Notes: generated by a model from the letters alone, not told the origin. 29,893 nucleotides of DNA from Gammaproteobacteria bacterium (GCA_050298595.1 JBNKUM010000083.1:1-29893); one strand, 5' to 3'; positions 8,157-18,127 are shown, numbered from the stretch's first letter. Translations and numbers: made by a program.

Positions 8157-8799
8157 ATATCTGATTAACATAGTCTGGTATTTCAATACCCTCTAAATTC
8201 CTGCTATCCGGCTCTGGCTCCATTAATTGCATTTTTAGCGGGATAACGCCTGCCCAGACCGCCTGACCATAATCCTCTTCATCATCGTTCACACCTGAAT
8301 TACGGATTTTTGCGGATGCTTCCTCAATCGGCAGTGAAAGTACGGCGGTTTGTTTAACCTCAACATCAGTCATAGGTCGTAACTCAGGGCTTCGCCCAGG
8401 GTACAGATGATCGATGAGCCCATTCAATTTTTTGTACTTTTCATCGTAATCCGTAATCAGGGTCGGCTGGCCGAAGATCAAAACGGAACGAAAATTCGCA
8501 GAATGGTGCAAAGCCGATCTCGCTAACACCAGTCCATCCAGTAAAGATACCGTGATGCACACTTCGCCTTCCAGCCATGCTTTCACGCCTCTTCCACCGC
8601 TAGATGCATGCCAGTAGATATGATCCCCCTCACGCCATTGAATGGTGGGCATAACAACGGGAGAATTCTGTTGCATATAGCCAATATGACACATCGGCAT
8701 TGCGTCAAGAATGGCGTAAATAGTTTCTCGGTCGTAGTGCCCTCGCTCACGAACTCTACGCAGACGGCTGCGCTCTGTTTTCTTCAATAAATCACTCAT
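8146..8799 (-). CDS. Pyridoxamine 5'-phosphate oxidase-like flavin-nucleotide-binding protein (start taken at MSDLL; the track gives 8823)
   Basis: RGHYDRETIYAILD, LDGLVLARSALHHSANFRSV, ASAKIR and WAGVIPL motifs. Confidence 0.88.
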   Translation of the reverse strand: MSDLLKKTERSRLRRVRERGHYDRETIYAILDAMPMCHIGYMQQNSPVVMPTIQWREGDHIYWHASSGGRGVKAWLEGEVCITVSLLDGLVLARSALHHSANFRSVLIFGQPTLITDYDEKYKKLNGLIDHLYPGRSPELRPMTDVEVKQTAVLSLPIEEASAKIRNSGVNDDEEDYGQAVWAGVIPLKMQLMEPEPDSRNLEGIEIPDYVNQISIG

Positions 8800-8844
8800 C
8801 AATCTTTCTTTCATTAGTAACAATATGTTGCACTCTATCGATAT

Positions 8845-8892
8845 ATTGGTACTTTATTAATATCCAATTTATATAAATTTATACATACCAAT
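8845..8892. promoter_or_regulatory. Putative MocR operator boxes in the divergent promoter
   Basis: ATTGGTA (8845-8851), ATCCAAT (8862-8868) and TACCAAT (8886-8892): one inverted plus two direct copies. Confidence 0.55.
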
Positions 8893-8897
8893 TATCA

Positions 8898-10313
8898 ATG
8901 ATAGATATTCCGTTACTCGACCTTGACATTACCCCTGACTCAGGAGTCCCACTATTTGTACAGGTGTACGAATCCCTGCGCGAACGCATAGTCTCTACTC
9001 AACTCAGTCAAAATGAGCGCCTGCCACCCTCAAGAAAATTAGCTGAAGAACTAGGGGTTTCGCGATCAACTGTCATCACCGCCTATGAACAACTGATTGC
9101 AGAGGGTTTTGTTTACAGTAGAACGGGCTCAGGAGTTTATGTCAGTGAGATCGGTGAAATTGAACAGCTAGAGAGCAGAAATATATCCAGTAACAGCGCT
9201 TTGGTTGCAATCGATTCCAGCAGCAAACTGCAACCATTCCACCCGGGCAATCCAGATTCGCGCCTGTTCCCCTATCGACAATGGAGCAAGTGCATTGCCC
9301 AGGTCTCAAGAACACAGGCTGAATCACTGGTGAGGAGTAATGATCTATTTGGAGACCCCAAGTTACGCCGCGAGATCTGCCGCTATCTTGCCGAGTGGCG
9401 CGGTTTAAGGGCTGACCCTTCTCAGGTATTAATTACGGCTGGGGCCAGTGAAGCACTGGAACATTGTATTCGTACCCTGATCCAACATGACGAGAGAATT
9501 TTTCTGGAAGACCCTTGCTATCCACCCCTTCGTTCATTTGTAGAAAACATCAGAATACCTGTCAGCGAGCTGAAGATGGACAGCCAGGGTGCGCTGCCAC
9601 CTGTCATAAGCAAAAACACATCAGATCAAAAACTGGTAATTCTTACCCCCTCATCTCAATTTCCATTAGGTGGCGCCATGCCTCAGGCAAGACGCAATGC
9701 ATTTATCGCCTGGGCAAAACAGCAAAATGGCTGGATTATTGAAGATGATTACGACAGTGAGTTTCGTTATTCTGGCCGTCCGATCCCCTCTCTTGCGGGT
9801 CTGGATAGCAATCAAAGAACACTTTATGTCGGTAGTTTCTCCAAGATATTTTCGCATGGCATACGCATGGGATTTGTAGTCATGCCACCAGCACTCATAC
9901 CCCTTTTTGTGTGGAACATAAAAAAATTCGGTTCAAAAGCCTCTGTCATGCCACAACGCCCGCTCGCCTTATTCATGCAAAATGGCGAATATTTTCGACA
10001 CATACGACGAGTACGCAGGATATATGCCGAACGCAGACAGGTCTTTATCAACCTGCTACAGGCTCATCTGGGCGAATTAGCCACATTCGAAGATCATAAG
10101 GCCGGCATGCATATCGCCGTTAAATTACCCCTTGCTTTGAAAGACACAGAAGTCGCCGAAAGATTAGCTCAACAGGGTATAACCTGCCTCGCACTATCCA
10201 GCTACTACGCCACAAGCTCTGCCCAGAATGGATTATTAATGGGCTTTTGTAGTTTTACTGAAACGGAAATGGAACAGGCGATGATTAAACTCAAACAGGT
10301 CATCGATTCATAG
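8898..10313 (+). CDS. MocR/GabR-family GntR regulator with a PLP-dependent aminotransferase-like domain
   Basis: GntR HTH (LPPSRKLAEELGVSRSTV..AYEQL); WIIEDDYDSEFRY; GSFSK with the PLP lysine. Confidence 0.95.
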   Translation: MIDIPLLDLDITPDSGVPLFVQVYESLRERIVSTQLSQNERLPPSRKLAEELGVSRSTVITAYEQLIAEGFVYSRTGSGVYVSEIGEIEQLESRNISSNSALVAIDSSSKLQPFHPGNPDSRLFPYRQWSKCIAQVSRTQAESLVRSNDLFGDPKLRREICRYLAEWRGLRADPSQVLITAGASEALEHCIRTLIQHDERIFLEDPCYPPLRSFVENIRIPVSELKMDSQGALPPVISKNTSDQKLVILTPSSQFPLGGAMPQARRNAFIAWAKQQNGWIIEDDYDSEFRYSGRPIPSLAGLDSNQRTLYVGSFSKIFSHGIRMGFVVMPPALIPLFVWNIKKFGSKASVMPQRPLALFMQNGEYFRHIRRVRRIYAERRQVFINLLQAHLGELATFEDHKAGMHIAVKLPLALKDTEVAERLAQQGITCLALSSYYATSSAQNGLLMGFCSFTETEMEQAMIKLKQVIDS

Positions 10314-10340
10314 ATTTAGTTAACTAAATCTATGAATCGA
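10303..10340. repeat. Perfect 38-bp palindrome between convergent genes (possible terminator)
   Basis: TCGATTCATAGATTTAGTT|AACTAAATCTATGAATCGA with no spacer; overlaps the mocR stop codon. Confidence 0.9.
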
Positions 10341-10377
10341 AAAAGACCAAAAGCAATCCTCAACCACAGGATGTAAC

Positions 10378-13300
10378 TTAAAACAAACGCCCTGAGGGTG
10401 GTTTATGAAAAGCCGCTGGATGATGTTTTCGAGTCAACAGGTTCTTTATCTGCCAGTGATCCTGCTCAGGGATATTGTCATCAATGATCACTTCGCCATT
10501 CTGATTGCTTGCCACTGGTTTACCATCTTGGTACAGAATACGATAACCTGATTGCGCGGGCATGCGTTTACCAGGTGTGATAATCCCGGTTAGATTTAAC
10601 GGGTCAGTGCCACTAATACTAATGATTTGATCTGAATCTTTATTTTTTCTCACTTCGCGCAACAGGCTTACCGCTTCGGGCAGGGCAAAATGTTCACCGG
10701 CAAAACCCTGCACAAAACGTCCGCCGCGTAGCTCACCGCGTGCTTCCAGTCGACGTAATACATAAAGCAAATCATACCAGGGCGGCAGGCCATGCTCACG
10801 CTCCAGTAGCTTTCGAAAGACCACCCCGTAGCGGCTTAGCAGGGTACGTACTATCTGTTCAGCCTGTAATCTCTTATCGGGCGCAGCGACAACGGGGCGA
10901 ATCAATGACCATCTTCCCCCGCCTGCTAAAGGCGTTTGAGAAAGCGCACGACGTCGTTGCGGATGCGATCTTTTCGCCGGACTCACCAGCGCACGTAGCC
11001 CCTGAAAATGATCAGAGTTGACCAGCCCCCAGGCAACCAGTTCGCCCAGCGCAGACTCCAGCTGGGTTTTTAACAGCCCGGTCTGCTGCTGTAATTCATC
11101 GAAGAAACTTGCTCCCCATTGCCTCAACACCCGTAACACCTTGTTGGCGGATGAACTCAGCCCATCCTCATCAAACTCAATATGCTGAGTCCACAAAGGT
11201 ATATTCTGTCTATACACGAAACTGATGGGGGTCGTTTTTATCGCAGGGTTCCTGGGCCTGTTATCTTTTTGTGCTGCAGTCTTAATGCGTAGCCAGGTGA
11301 GACGGCCAGAGCTACATAACTCATCCAGTTGCGTGGAAAAATAAGGTTGCAGGCGAGCTGGCAAAATCTCCTCTTCCCAGCTTGCAGCAGCAACACTCAC
11401 GCCTTCCAGTTGCAGCATCACGCGTTCCAGCGTTGCTATACCTTCGCCTGGATCATCCAGCCCCTGCCAGCTAAACAGATAACGCATGAAATCAGCAGCG
11501 CTCACCGGTTCTATCTCATTGCGTAACTGCTTCAGGGTATATCGATGAATGCGTGCCAGTAGCCCACGTTCGCACCATTCGAGTTGATTTATGTGCGGAG
11601 TGAAGTGACCCTGAATGACGAAGCCTTCCTGCTCCAGATGCAGCAGAGCCTGTTGTATGGCTGGGATATCAACAGGTAAAGGTTCGGCCAGTTGAGCTAC
11701 GCTAACCGGACCCAAAACTTCAAGTCGGCTACGTATGATTTCGATTAACGCCTGTTCAGTCGATTCCGCTTCATTACCAGCTATGGCCTGAATCAGTGGC
11801 CTCATTTCTAAGGCTGGACATACACATTGCATCACCTGTAATCGTTCCGCAGCCACCCAAAGCGCACGCCCTTCGCTGTTAAACAATCGCGTGGCTCTCT
11901 GTCCCGTTTGCAATTGAGCCAGGTATTCCTGCCAGCTATCGCGATCCTGTGGTCGAACTTCATCTTCAACGATAAAACCCATCAGCACCAGTGCATCATG
12001 TAATTCATCCCTGTTGCGTACATCGGGCCAGGCTTCATCCCTCACCTTTTGTATAGCGTCAGGATTCAATCTACCCATTTCAGCGGCCGATTGTGGATCG
12101 CCATGCTGTCTTTGCCTGACTGCCAGCGCACGTCTTTCTTCGGCTGGGGCATCATCCAGAAAGGCATAGGGTCTGGCATTTAAAATTTCATGCGCCATAG
12201 GTGAAGGTGTTGGCAGATCTTTACTGGTCACTGATATTTGCCCAGAAGCAATGCCATCCAGTACCAGTTTCAAGCCATCTATATCCATGACTTCGTGCAG
12301 GCAATCCTGTAGTACCTGATTCACCAGTGGGTGATCAGGTACTTCGCGTTCACCCTGAATATTTTCAAAACAGGCCAGTTGATCGGGGAAAACCAGCGCC
12401 ACCAGGTCTTCCGCATCATTACGCTGGAAAGGTGCAGGCACCCTTTTTCCTGCACGAAAGCGCGGCACTGCCAGCGAGGTATTACACACCCAGCGCCAGC
12501 GAGTTGGAAACATAGGTGCATCTAGCAGCGCCTGTATCAGGATGTGCTCCACGCTATCTGACTTCAGATAACTGGCCGGTTCATCGAGCGGGAAGCTATG
12601 TGTCGGACCTAATGAAAGAATCAGATTATCTTCATTCGCAGCGGCCTGTAATTCAAAATTAAAGCGACGGCAGAAGCGTTTTCTTAACGCCAGCCCCCAG
12701 GCTTTATTCACTCTAGAACCAAATGGCGCATGAATCACAAAATGCATATCGCCGGTTTCATCAAAGAAACGTTCGAATACAATATTGTGCTGGTTCGGTA
12801 TCACGCCCAGAACCGCTTTAGTCGTTGCCAGATAATTCAGTAACTGATTTGCTGCCGGTTCCTGCAGTTGCAGATACTTCTGTAAATACTGCAAGGTCTC
12901 TGTCTGCCCCTGTTGCAGTTTTTCATCGATGGCCTCACGCAGTCTGGATACAGCCAAAGACAGCTCATCACTACGCCCCGGCGCTTCGCCTATCCAGAAA
13001 GGTATGGATGGTGGTTGTCCATGCGCATCTTCCACATACATCTTACCCTGCTCGATCTTGAGAATACGGTAGGAGATATTACCCAGCTGGAAGATATCGC
13101 CCGGCATACTTTCAAATGAAAAATCTTCATTCAAGGTACCGACGAATAGCCCTTCCGGTTGCAGGATGACATCGTAATCAAATTGATCAGGGATCGCACC
13201 GCCATTGGTGATCGCAGTGAGTCTTGCCCCACGTCGCGCGCGTAACACGCCATTCACTGCATCTCGATGCAGATAGGCGCCGCGACGCCCGCGGCGTGTA

Positions 13301-14682
13301 TGAAAGCCATCGGCCAGCATTTTCACGATATCGATAAACTGTTTTTCTGTCAGATCGTGATAAGGCCAGGCAGATTTAAATACTCTATACAACTCCTGTT
13401 CCTGCCATTCTAGCCCTGACACCTCGGCAACTATCTGCTGCGATAACACATCCAGTGGCTGTTGTGGCTGTACAATTCGATCCAGCTCATTGCGTCTGAT
13501 CGCATCCAGCATGGCGACACACTCGACCAGATCATCTCGGCTGAGTGGAAACAGACGCGCTTTGGGTGTAGCCGCCAGTTGATGGCCGGAACGCCCAGCG
13601 CGTTGCAAAAAAGTGGCAATGCTGCGCGGCGAACCCATCTGGCACACCAGGTCGATATCCCCGATATCAATACCCAGTTCTAACGAGGCTGTTGCCACCA
13701 GCGCGCGTAGCGAGCCAGATTTAAGTCTCTGTTCGGCATCCAGTCGATGCTCTTTGGCCAGGCTGCCATGATGGGAAGTCACGGCATCTTCACCCAGCTT
13801 TTCTGCCAGTGCAGCTGCGGCGCGTTCTGCCAAACGACGCGTATTCACAAAGATCAACGTGGTTCGATGCGACTCGACCAGCTCTTCTAGTCGACGATAG
13901 ATTTCATCCCAGACTTCGTTCGCCATAATCGATTCTAACGGCGAGCCAGTCATTTCAATCGCCAGATCCCGCTCACGCACATAGCCGGTATCGACGATGG
14001 TGCATTCGCGTTGTTCGGCCCCGTCATGCTGACCGATCAGGTAGCTGGCCATATCTTCAATCGGTTTCTGAGTAGCGGAGATACCAATACGGACTGGTGG
14101 CTGAGGGCAAAGCTGTGCCAACCGCTCCAGACTCAAGGTCAGATGCGCGCCACGTTTATTGCCTGCCAATGCATGGATTTCATCCACAATCACTGAGCGC
14201 ACAGTTTTCAGCATTTCTCGCCCCGAATCTGAAGTCAGCAGGATGTACAGTGATTCTGGCGTAGTCACCAGAATATGTGGTGGATACTTTTTCATCATCG
14301 TGCGTTGGGACTGCGGAGTATCCCCTGTGCGAACCTGCGCCCTTATCGGCACATCCGTATATCCGTTCTCCAGTAATGCATCGCGGATTCCGTTGAGTGG
14401 TAATTCCAGATTTTTATGAATGTCGTTAGACAGGGCCTTTAATGGCGAAACATACAGCACTCGGGTTTCATCTGGCAGTGGGAATTGAAGCCCCTCCTGC
14501 ACCAGGTGATCGATAGCCGCCATAAATGCCGCCAGTGTTTTACCTGAACCGGTAGGTGCCGCAATTAGTGTGTTTTTGCCAGAATGAATCGCAGGCCAGG
14601 CCTGGGCCTGAACCTCGGAGGGGCTGTTAAAATGCTTTGCAAACCATTCAGTGACAGCGGGATGAAATTGGAATACGCTCAT
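10378..14682 (-). CDS. lhr: Long-form Lhr ATP-dependent helicase (SF2) with winged-helix C-terminal region
   Basis: APTGSGKT, SPLKAL, TTPESL, DEIH, SAT, HHGSL, ATASLELGID and QRAGRSGH motifs; C-terminal RYGVVFR and RGGRFV; 1434 aa. Confidence 0.93.
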   Translation of the reverse strand: MSVFQFHPAVTEWFAKHFNSPSEVQAQAWPAIHSGKNTLIAAPTGSGKTLAAFMAAIDHLVQEGLQFPLPDETRVLYVSPLKALSNDIHKNLELPLNGIRDALLENGYTDVPIRAQVRTGDTPQSQRTMMKKYPPHILVTTPESLYILLTSDSGREMLKTVRSVIVDEIHALAGNKRGAHLTLSLERLAQLCPQPPVRIGISATQKPIEDMASYLIGQHDGAEQRECTIVDTGYVRERDLAIEMTGSPLESIMANEVWDEIYRRLEELVESHRTTLIFVNTRRLAERAAAALAEKLGEDAVTSHHGSLAKEHRLDAEQRLKSGSLRALVATASLELGIDIGDIDLVCQMGSPRSIATFLQRAGRSGHQLAATPKARLFPLSRDDLVECVAMLDAIRRNELDRIVQPQQPLDVLSQQIVAEVSGLEWQEQELYRVFKSAWPYHDLTEKQFIDIVKMLADGFHTRRGRRGAYLHRDAVNGVLRARRGARLTAITNGGAIPDQFDYDVILQPEGLFVGTLNEDFSFESMPGDIFQLGNISYRILKIEQGKMYVEDAHGQPPSIPFWIGEAPGRSDELSLAVSRLREAIDEKLQQGQTETLQYLQKYLQLQEPAANQLLNYLATTKAVLGVIPNQHNIVFERFFDETGDMHFVIHAPFGSRVNKAWGLALRKRFCRRFNFELQAAANEDNLILSLGPTHSFPLDEPASYLKSDSVEHILIQALLDAPMFPTRWRWVCNTSLAVPRFRAGKRVPAPFQRNDAEDLVALVFPDQLACFENIQGEREVPDHPLVNQVLQDCLHEVMDIDGLKLVLDGIASGQISVTSKDLPTPSPMAHEILNARPYAFLDDAPAEERRALAVRQRQHGDPQSAAEMGRLNPDAIQKVRDEAWPDVRNRDELHDALVLMGFIVEDEVRPQDRDSWQEYLAQLQTGQRATRLFNSEGRALWVAAERLQVMQCVCPALEMRPLIQAIAGNEAESTEQALIEIIRSRLEVLGPVSVAQLAEPLPVDIPAIQQALLHLEQEGFVIQGHFTPHINQLEWCERGLLARIHRYTLKQLRNEIEPVSAADFMRYLFSWQGLDDPGEGIATLERVMLQLEGVSVAAASWEEEILPARLQPYFSTQLDELCSSGRLTWLRIKTAAQKDNRPRNPAIKTTPISFVYRQNIPLWTQHIEFDEDGLSSSANKVLRVLRQWGASFFDELQQQTGLLKTQLESALGELVAWGLVNSDHFQGLRALVSPAKRSHPQRRRALSQTPLAGGGRWSLIRPVVAAPDKRLQAEQIVRTLLSRYGVVFRKLLEREHGLPPWYDLLYVLRRLEARGELRGGRFVQGFAGEHFALPEAVSLLREVRKNKDSDQIISISGTDPLNLTGIITPGKRMPAQSGYRILYQDGKPVASNQNGEVIIDDNIPEQDHWQIKNLLTRKHHPAAFHKPPSGRLF

Positions 14683-14774
14683 CGGAATCTCTTTCAGATG
14701 ACCGCATTATAACCTGACAAATCTCCGGATGAATCGTTTTATCAGCTTATAAATACCGACCACGGGCTAATCAT

Positions 14775-14789
14775 TGATAAAATTTATCA
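14775..14789. promoter_or_regulatory. 7-1-7 palindrome between lhr and the hydrolase (possible operator)
   Basis: TGATAAA-A-TTTATCA; 12/14 match to the Fur 7-1-7 motif TGATAAT-N-ATTATCA, but in an AT-rich context. Confidence 0.35.
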
Positions 14790-14889
14790 CTGAAAAAACA
14801 TGCACAATCCGCATATTGGTGCTATTAGTAGATACAAACTGTTTCAAATTACAATTATCACTTGCGAGAAGTATCCAAAGTTAAATCTC

Positions 14890-15750
14890 ATGAAAAAGAT
14901 AATTCAACTATGGAACACTATAACTTCAAAACGAAACGAACGTAAGTTAGATTCACAATTATTTCTGTTTAATTCTTCAAAAAAACAACAACTTAAGACA
15001 CCGAAAGATTTCATACAGGAATTTATCCCTACACAAGAAGGGAAAATTAACTGTTATCGTACCGGAGTCGGCCCTGTAGTGGTTTTTGTGCATGGCTGGG
15101 GTGGAGGTGCTTATCAGTTTTTTTCCCTGATGCGGGGATTAAAAGCCATAGGCTATACCGCCCTGGCTTTTGATCATCTGGGTCATGGAGGTAGTGAAAA
15201 CAAACCCGCTACGCTGCAACAATCAATTAGCATTACAAACAAGATAATAAAATATGCCCGGGATAATTTTCATGATGGAGTGTCAGCACTCGTCGGGCAT
15301 GACACCGGATGCCTGCTGCTCGCCAATGCAAAACCCTCTTTAATAAAGGAGATTTCCCTTTTCCTGATAGCACCGGTTTTTAACTACAGACTGTACTTCC
15401 TGCGTAAACTCGAAAACCTGAAACTAAACCGTGACTTCATAAAAAATTATGCACAAAAATTTGCCCGTAATTATCAAGAGCAATACGCACATCTGGAGTT
15501 AGCAGAAAAACTCAAACCCTATGCTGATTATACAGTGATCGCGCATGATAATAATGATCCAATTGCTTCCATCGAAGATTCAAAAAAATTCTGTACCGCG
15601 CATCCATTAACCAAATTACTGGTAACCAATAATTGCAACCACAACCGTATCATCAGTTCTGAATCTGTATGGCATGAATTAAAATCACTGTTAAATTATG
15701 ACGATAGCACCATCAACTTTATGCAGATTGTGGCTGACAATAAGGACTGA
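14890..15750 (+). CDS. Alpha/beta-fold hydrolase (start probably 14890; the track gives 14800)
   Basis: VFVHGWGG, AFDHLGHGGS, nucleophile elbow GHDTG, acid region HDNNDP, His in NHNRII. Confidence 0.85.
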   Translation: MKKIIQLWNTITSKRNERKLDSQLFLFNSSKKQQLKTPKDFIQEFIPTQEGKINCYRTGVGPVVVFVHGWGGGAYQFFSLMRGLKAIGYTALAFDHLGHGGSENKPATLQQSISITNKIIKYARDNFHDGVSALVGHDTGCLLLANAKPSLIKEISLFLIAPVFNYRLYFLRKLENLKLNRDFIKNYAQKFARNYQEQYAHLELAEKLKPYADYTVIAHDNNDPIASIEDSKKFCTAHPLTKLLVTNNCNHNRIISSESVWHELKSLLNYDDSTINFMQIVADNKD

Positions 15751-15797
15751 GGATTAGCAGCATCATTCCTTTAAGGTAACAAAACATCAATATTTAG

Positions 15798-16026
15798 GGT
15801 TATTCGTGAAACTGTGTAAAAACACCGTAAAATATAGACAATACCCCAATCCAGAGAATATATTTAATCCATGGAAATAGAAGAGCATTACAGCCTGCTA
15901 TTCGGCATCCATTCGCCCTGGGAGATCAGCCATGTAGAACTCAAAATGCAAGAGCAACGCATTGATATTGAGTATACGGATGATGAGAGTGATTATCTGG
16001 AGTGTGGAACCCTTTCACCAATGTAA
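15798..16026 (+). mobile_element. Truncated ISL3-family IS: putative left end plus transposase N-terminus (15871-16026)
   Basis: MEIEEHYSLLFGIHSPWEISHVELKMQEQRIDIEY...LECG* resembles ISL3 transposase N-termini (LGxxxPW, decayed CPECG); GGTTATTCG at 15798 resembles ISL3 ends. Confidence 0.65.
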
Positions 16027-16109
16027 ATGTCAAGCTCTTACTAGCTTCCTAATACCGACCTTAACTCAAGTTACATCTGAAATCGATAATCTACTATAAA
16101 AATTCAACA

Positions 16110-17090
16110 ATGAATGAAAGACTAATTATAAAAAAACATGCTGTTCGACTGCTTAATCCCTTTCGCGGTGTAATGAATATCATAGAATACAAAGGGGCCG
16201 AAGCAGTTACTATTGATGGTGTTAACTGGGATATCTATGTCAGGGATATGAGTCTGACGCGGGATATAGAACAGTCACCGAATATGTTAATTACCGAAAT
16301 CCGTTTTGGTCACTGGTTAGAGACCAGTGGTCTCAGGCGTGGACCTATCTATCCATCCGAGGATTTCAATACAATGGAGCAGCAGGGTCTGGTTGTATAT
16401 GAATACCTGCTACAACATGCCCGGCAAGCCCCATTTCCTCTCACCGATGATTTTGAACTGTGGTTGCTGGATCAAAATGACCAACCGTTGGCATTGCTGG
16501 GTAGTTCCTTTGCTGCTGATCGTCTTTACTACGATTTACCTCTTAGCTGGACTGCAGGCATGGCGTGCAAGGATTTCTTTGCTCACAGGCAAAACAGCAA
16601 AAGTACACAACAGCCATTTACTCGCATGCTTGAATCCAGCGTGAAATCGATGGCCGGAAAATCGCCACAGGCCCAATGGTTTCATCGTCAGCACGATATT
16701 TCAATCGGTCTAAGTGGTATTCAGCTGACAGATTCTCTGGAAGGACGAGAAATGGATAACTCCTACTTTCCTGAGTTCTTTATCCCCGAGGTCATTCAAA
16801 CCGATATAGACGACTTTATATTTGAGGACTATCTCAATTTTCTGGCCCCTTATCTGTTAACCCTGCCTACCTTAACAATTGAACAACGCTGTCGATTCGA
16901 ACAGGAAGCCGCCAGACAGGCACTATGTGTCGAGAGATTGCACCGCTTATACCCGGATATACAACAGCAAAAGTACATCAACTCAGCACTTATCGAAGCA
17001 CGTTTGAGAAATGCTCACACAGAATCAGAGCAGAATAATGACACACTTTCTCCCGAATACATTGAGCTGGAAATTCCTCGCAGCAATTAA
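16110..17090 (+). CDS. Hypothetical soluble protein, 326 aa
   Basis: Long clean ORF with no family I can name; conserved-looking motifs RLLNPFRG, DGVNWDIY, PFPLxDxxELWLLD, AQWF and RLYP. Confidence 0.8.
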   Translation: MNERLIIKKHAVRLLNPFRGVMNIIEYKGAEAVTIDGVNWDIYVRDMSLTRDIEQSPNMLITEIRFGHWLETSGLRRGPIYPSEDFNTMEQQGLVVYEYLLQHARQAPFPLTDDFELWLLDQNDQPLALLGSSFAADRLYYDLPLSWTAGMACKDFFAHRQNSKSTQQPFTRMLESSVKSMAGKSPQAQWFHRQHDISIGLSGIQLTDSLEGREMDNSYFPEFFIPEVIQTDIDDFIFEDYLNFLAPYLLTLPTLTIEQRCRFEQEAARQALCVERLHRLYPDIQQQKYINSALIEARLRNAHTESEQNNDTLSPEYIELEIPRSN

Positions 17091-17108
17091 AACAAACCCG
17101 ATATAAGC

Positions 17109-17183
17109 TGTACAATATTTGATTTCTTGTACAACTTTGTATAGCATCACCATTAAGTTATACAAAGTGATCTTAAATGTACA
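17109..17183 (+). promoter_or_regulatory. Putative operator array for the LitR/CarH-like MerR regulator
   Basis: TGTACA-N13-TGTACA (17109-17133) and TATACA-N13-TGTACA (17159-17183); also the inverted repeat ACTTTGTATA/TATACAAAGT (17134-17143/17159-17168). Confidence 0.65.
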
Positions 17184-18127
17184 AGTTTGAACCAGACTCA
17201 ATTCAGGTGGGTATTAGCAGTTGTCTGCTGGGGCAGGAGGTACGCTACGATGGCGGCCACAAGCGCAGCCCATTCTGCACTGACTCGCTGCAACCGTTTG
17301 TCAGCTATGTTCCGGTATGCCCGGAAATGGGCATAGGCCTGGGCTCACCGCGCCCGACGATCCGCCTGGAACTAGAAGGCCAAAGCATTATTGCCAAATG
17401 TCAGGATGGTCGTGACCTGACTGCGCCACTGGAAGAATTCGCTTTCCAGACTGCGCAACAGCTGGATCATTTAAGCGGCTACATTTTTTGCGCAAAGTCT
17501 CCTACCTGTGGGATGGAGCGAGTGAAGATCTATCGTAAAAATGGACACAGCCTGAGCGATGGGGTCGGTATTTATGCAAGACATATCATGCAGATGTATC
17601 TGGCGCTACCGGTGGAAGAGAACGGCCGCCTCAATGATGCGCAGTTGCGGGAAAACTTCATTACCCGCCTGTACGCCTACCATAACTGGAAAACACTGCT
17701 ACATGAGGGCATCACCCCAGCATCATTGATTGAATTTCACAGCCGTTACAAGTACATGCTGATGGCGCATCATCCGCGTAGCTATAAAACGCTGGGGCAA
17801 TTGTTATCCGATCTATCGGGTGATTTCGCATCCGTTGTTAAAACCTATGAGTTGCAGTTCATGCGCGCCCTCAAGCATATCGCCACACGCAAAAACCAGT
17901 GCAACACGCTGCAGCATATACATGGTTATTTCAAGGATAAAATGACCCAGAAACAACGAGCTGAACTGATCAAACTGATCGATGATTACCGCATGGGTTC
18001 GCTGCCGATACATGCACCATTGACGCTGATACAGCACTATCTCAGCGAACACTCCAACGACTATATCGCACAGCAACACTACCTGACCCCTCACCCACCA
18101 CAACTGGCTTTACGTTATGGACTCTGA
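17177..18127 (+). CDS. ybgA: YbgA family (DUF523+DUF1722), TudS/RudS-like thiouracil/thiouridine desulfidase
   Basis: SSCLLGQEVRYDGGHK, VCPE and KSPTCG (three Cys ligands); PVEENGRL, FHSRYK and HIHGYF. Confidence 0.92.
   Translation: MYKFEPDSIQVGISSCLLGQEVRYDGGHKRSPFCTDSLQPFVSYVPVCPEMGIGLGSPRPTIRLELEGQSIIAKCQDGRDLTAPLEEFAFQTAQQLDHLSGYIFCAKSPTCGMERVKIYRKNGHSLSDGVGIYARHIMQMYLALPVEENGRLNDAQLRENFITRLYAYHNWKTLLHEGITPASLIEFHSRYKYMLMAHHPRSYKTLGQLLSDLSGDFASVVKTYELQFMRALKHIATRKNQCNTLQHIHGYFKDKMTQKQRAELIKLIDDYRMGSLPIHAPLTLIQHYLSEHSNDYIAQQHYLTPHPPQLALRYGL

Noticed and set aside
10740-14419. Many short ORFs inside lhr
   Set aside because: Alternative-frame or antisense shadows with no motifs.
10378-14682. 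Lhr as part of an antiphage defence island
   Set aside because: It looks like the ordinary long-form Lhr, and its neighbours are not nucleases or other defence genes.
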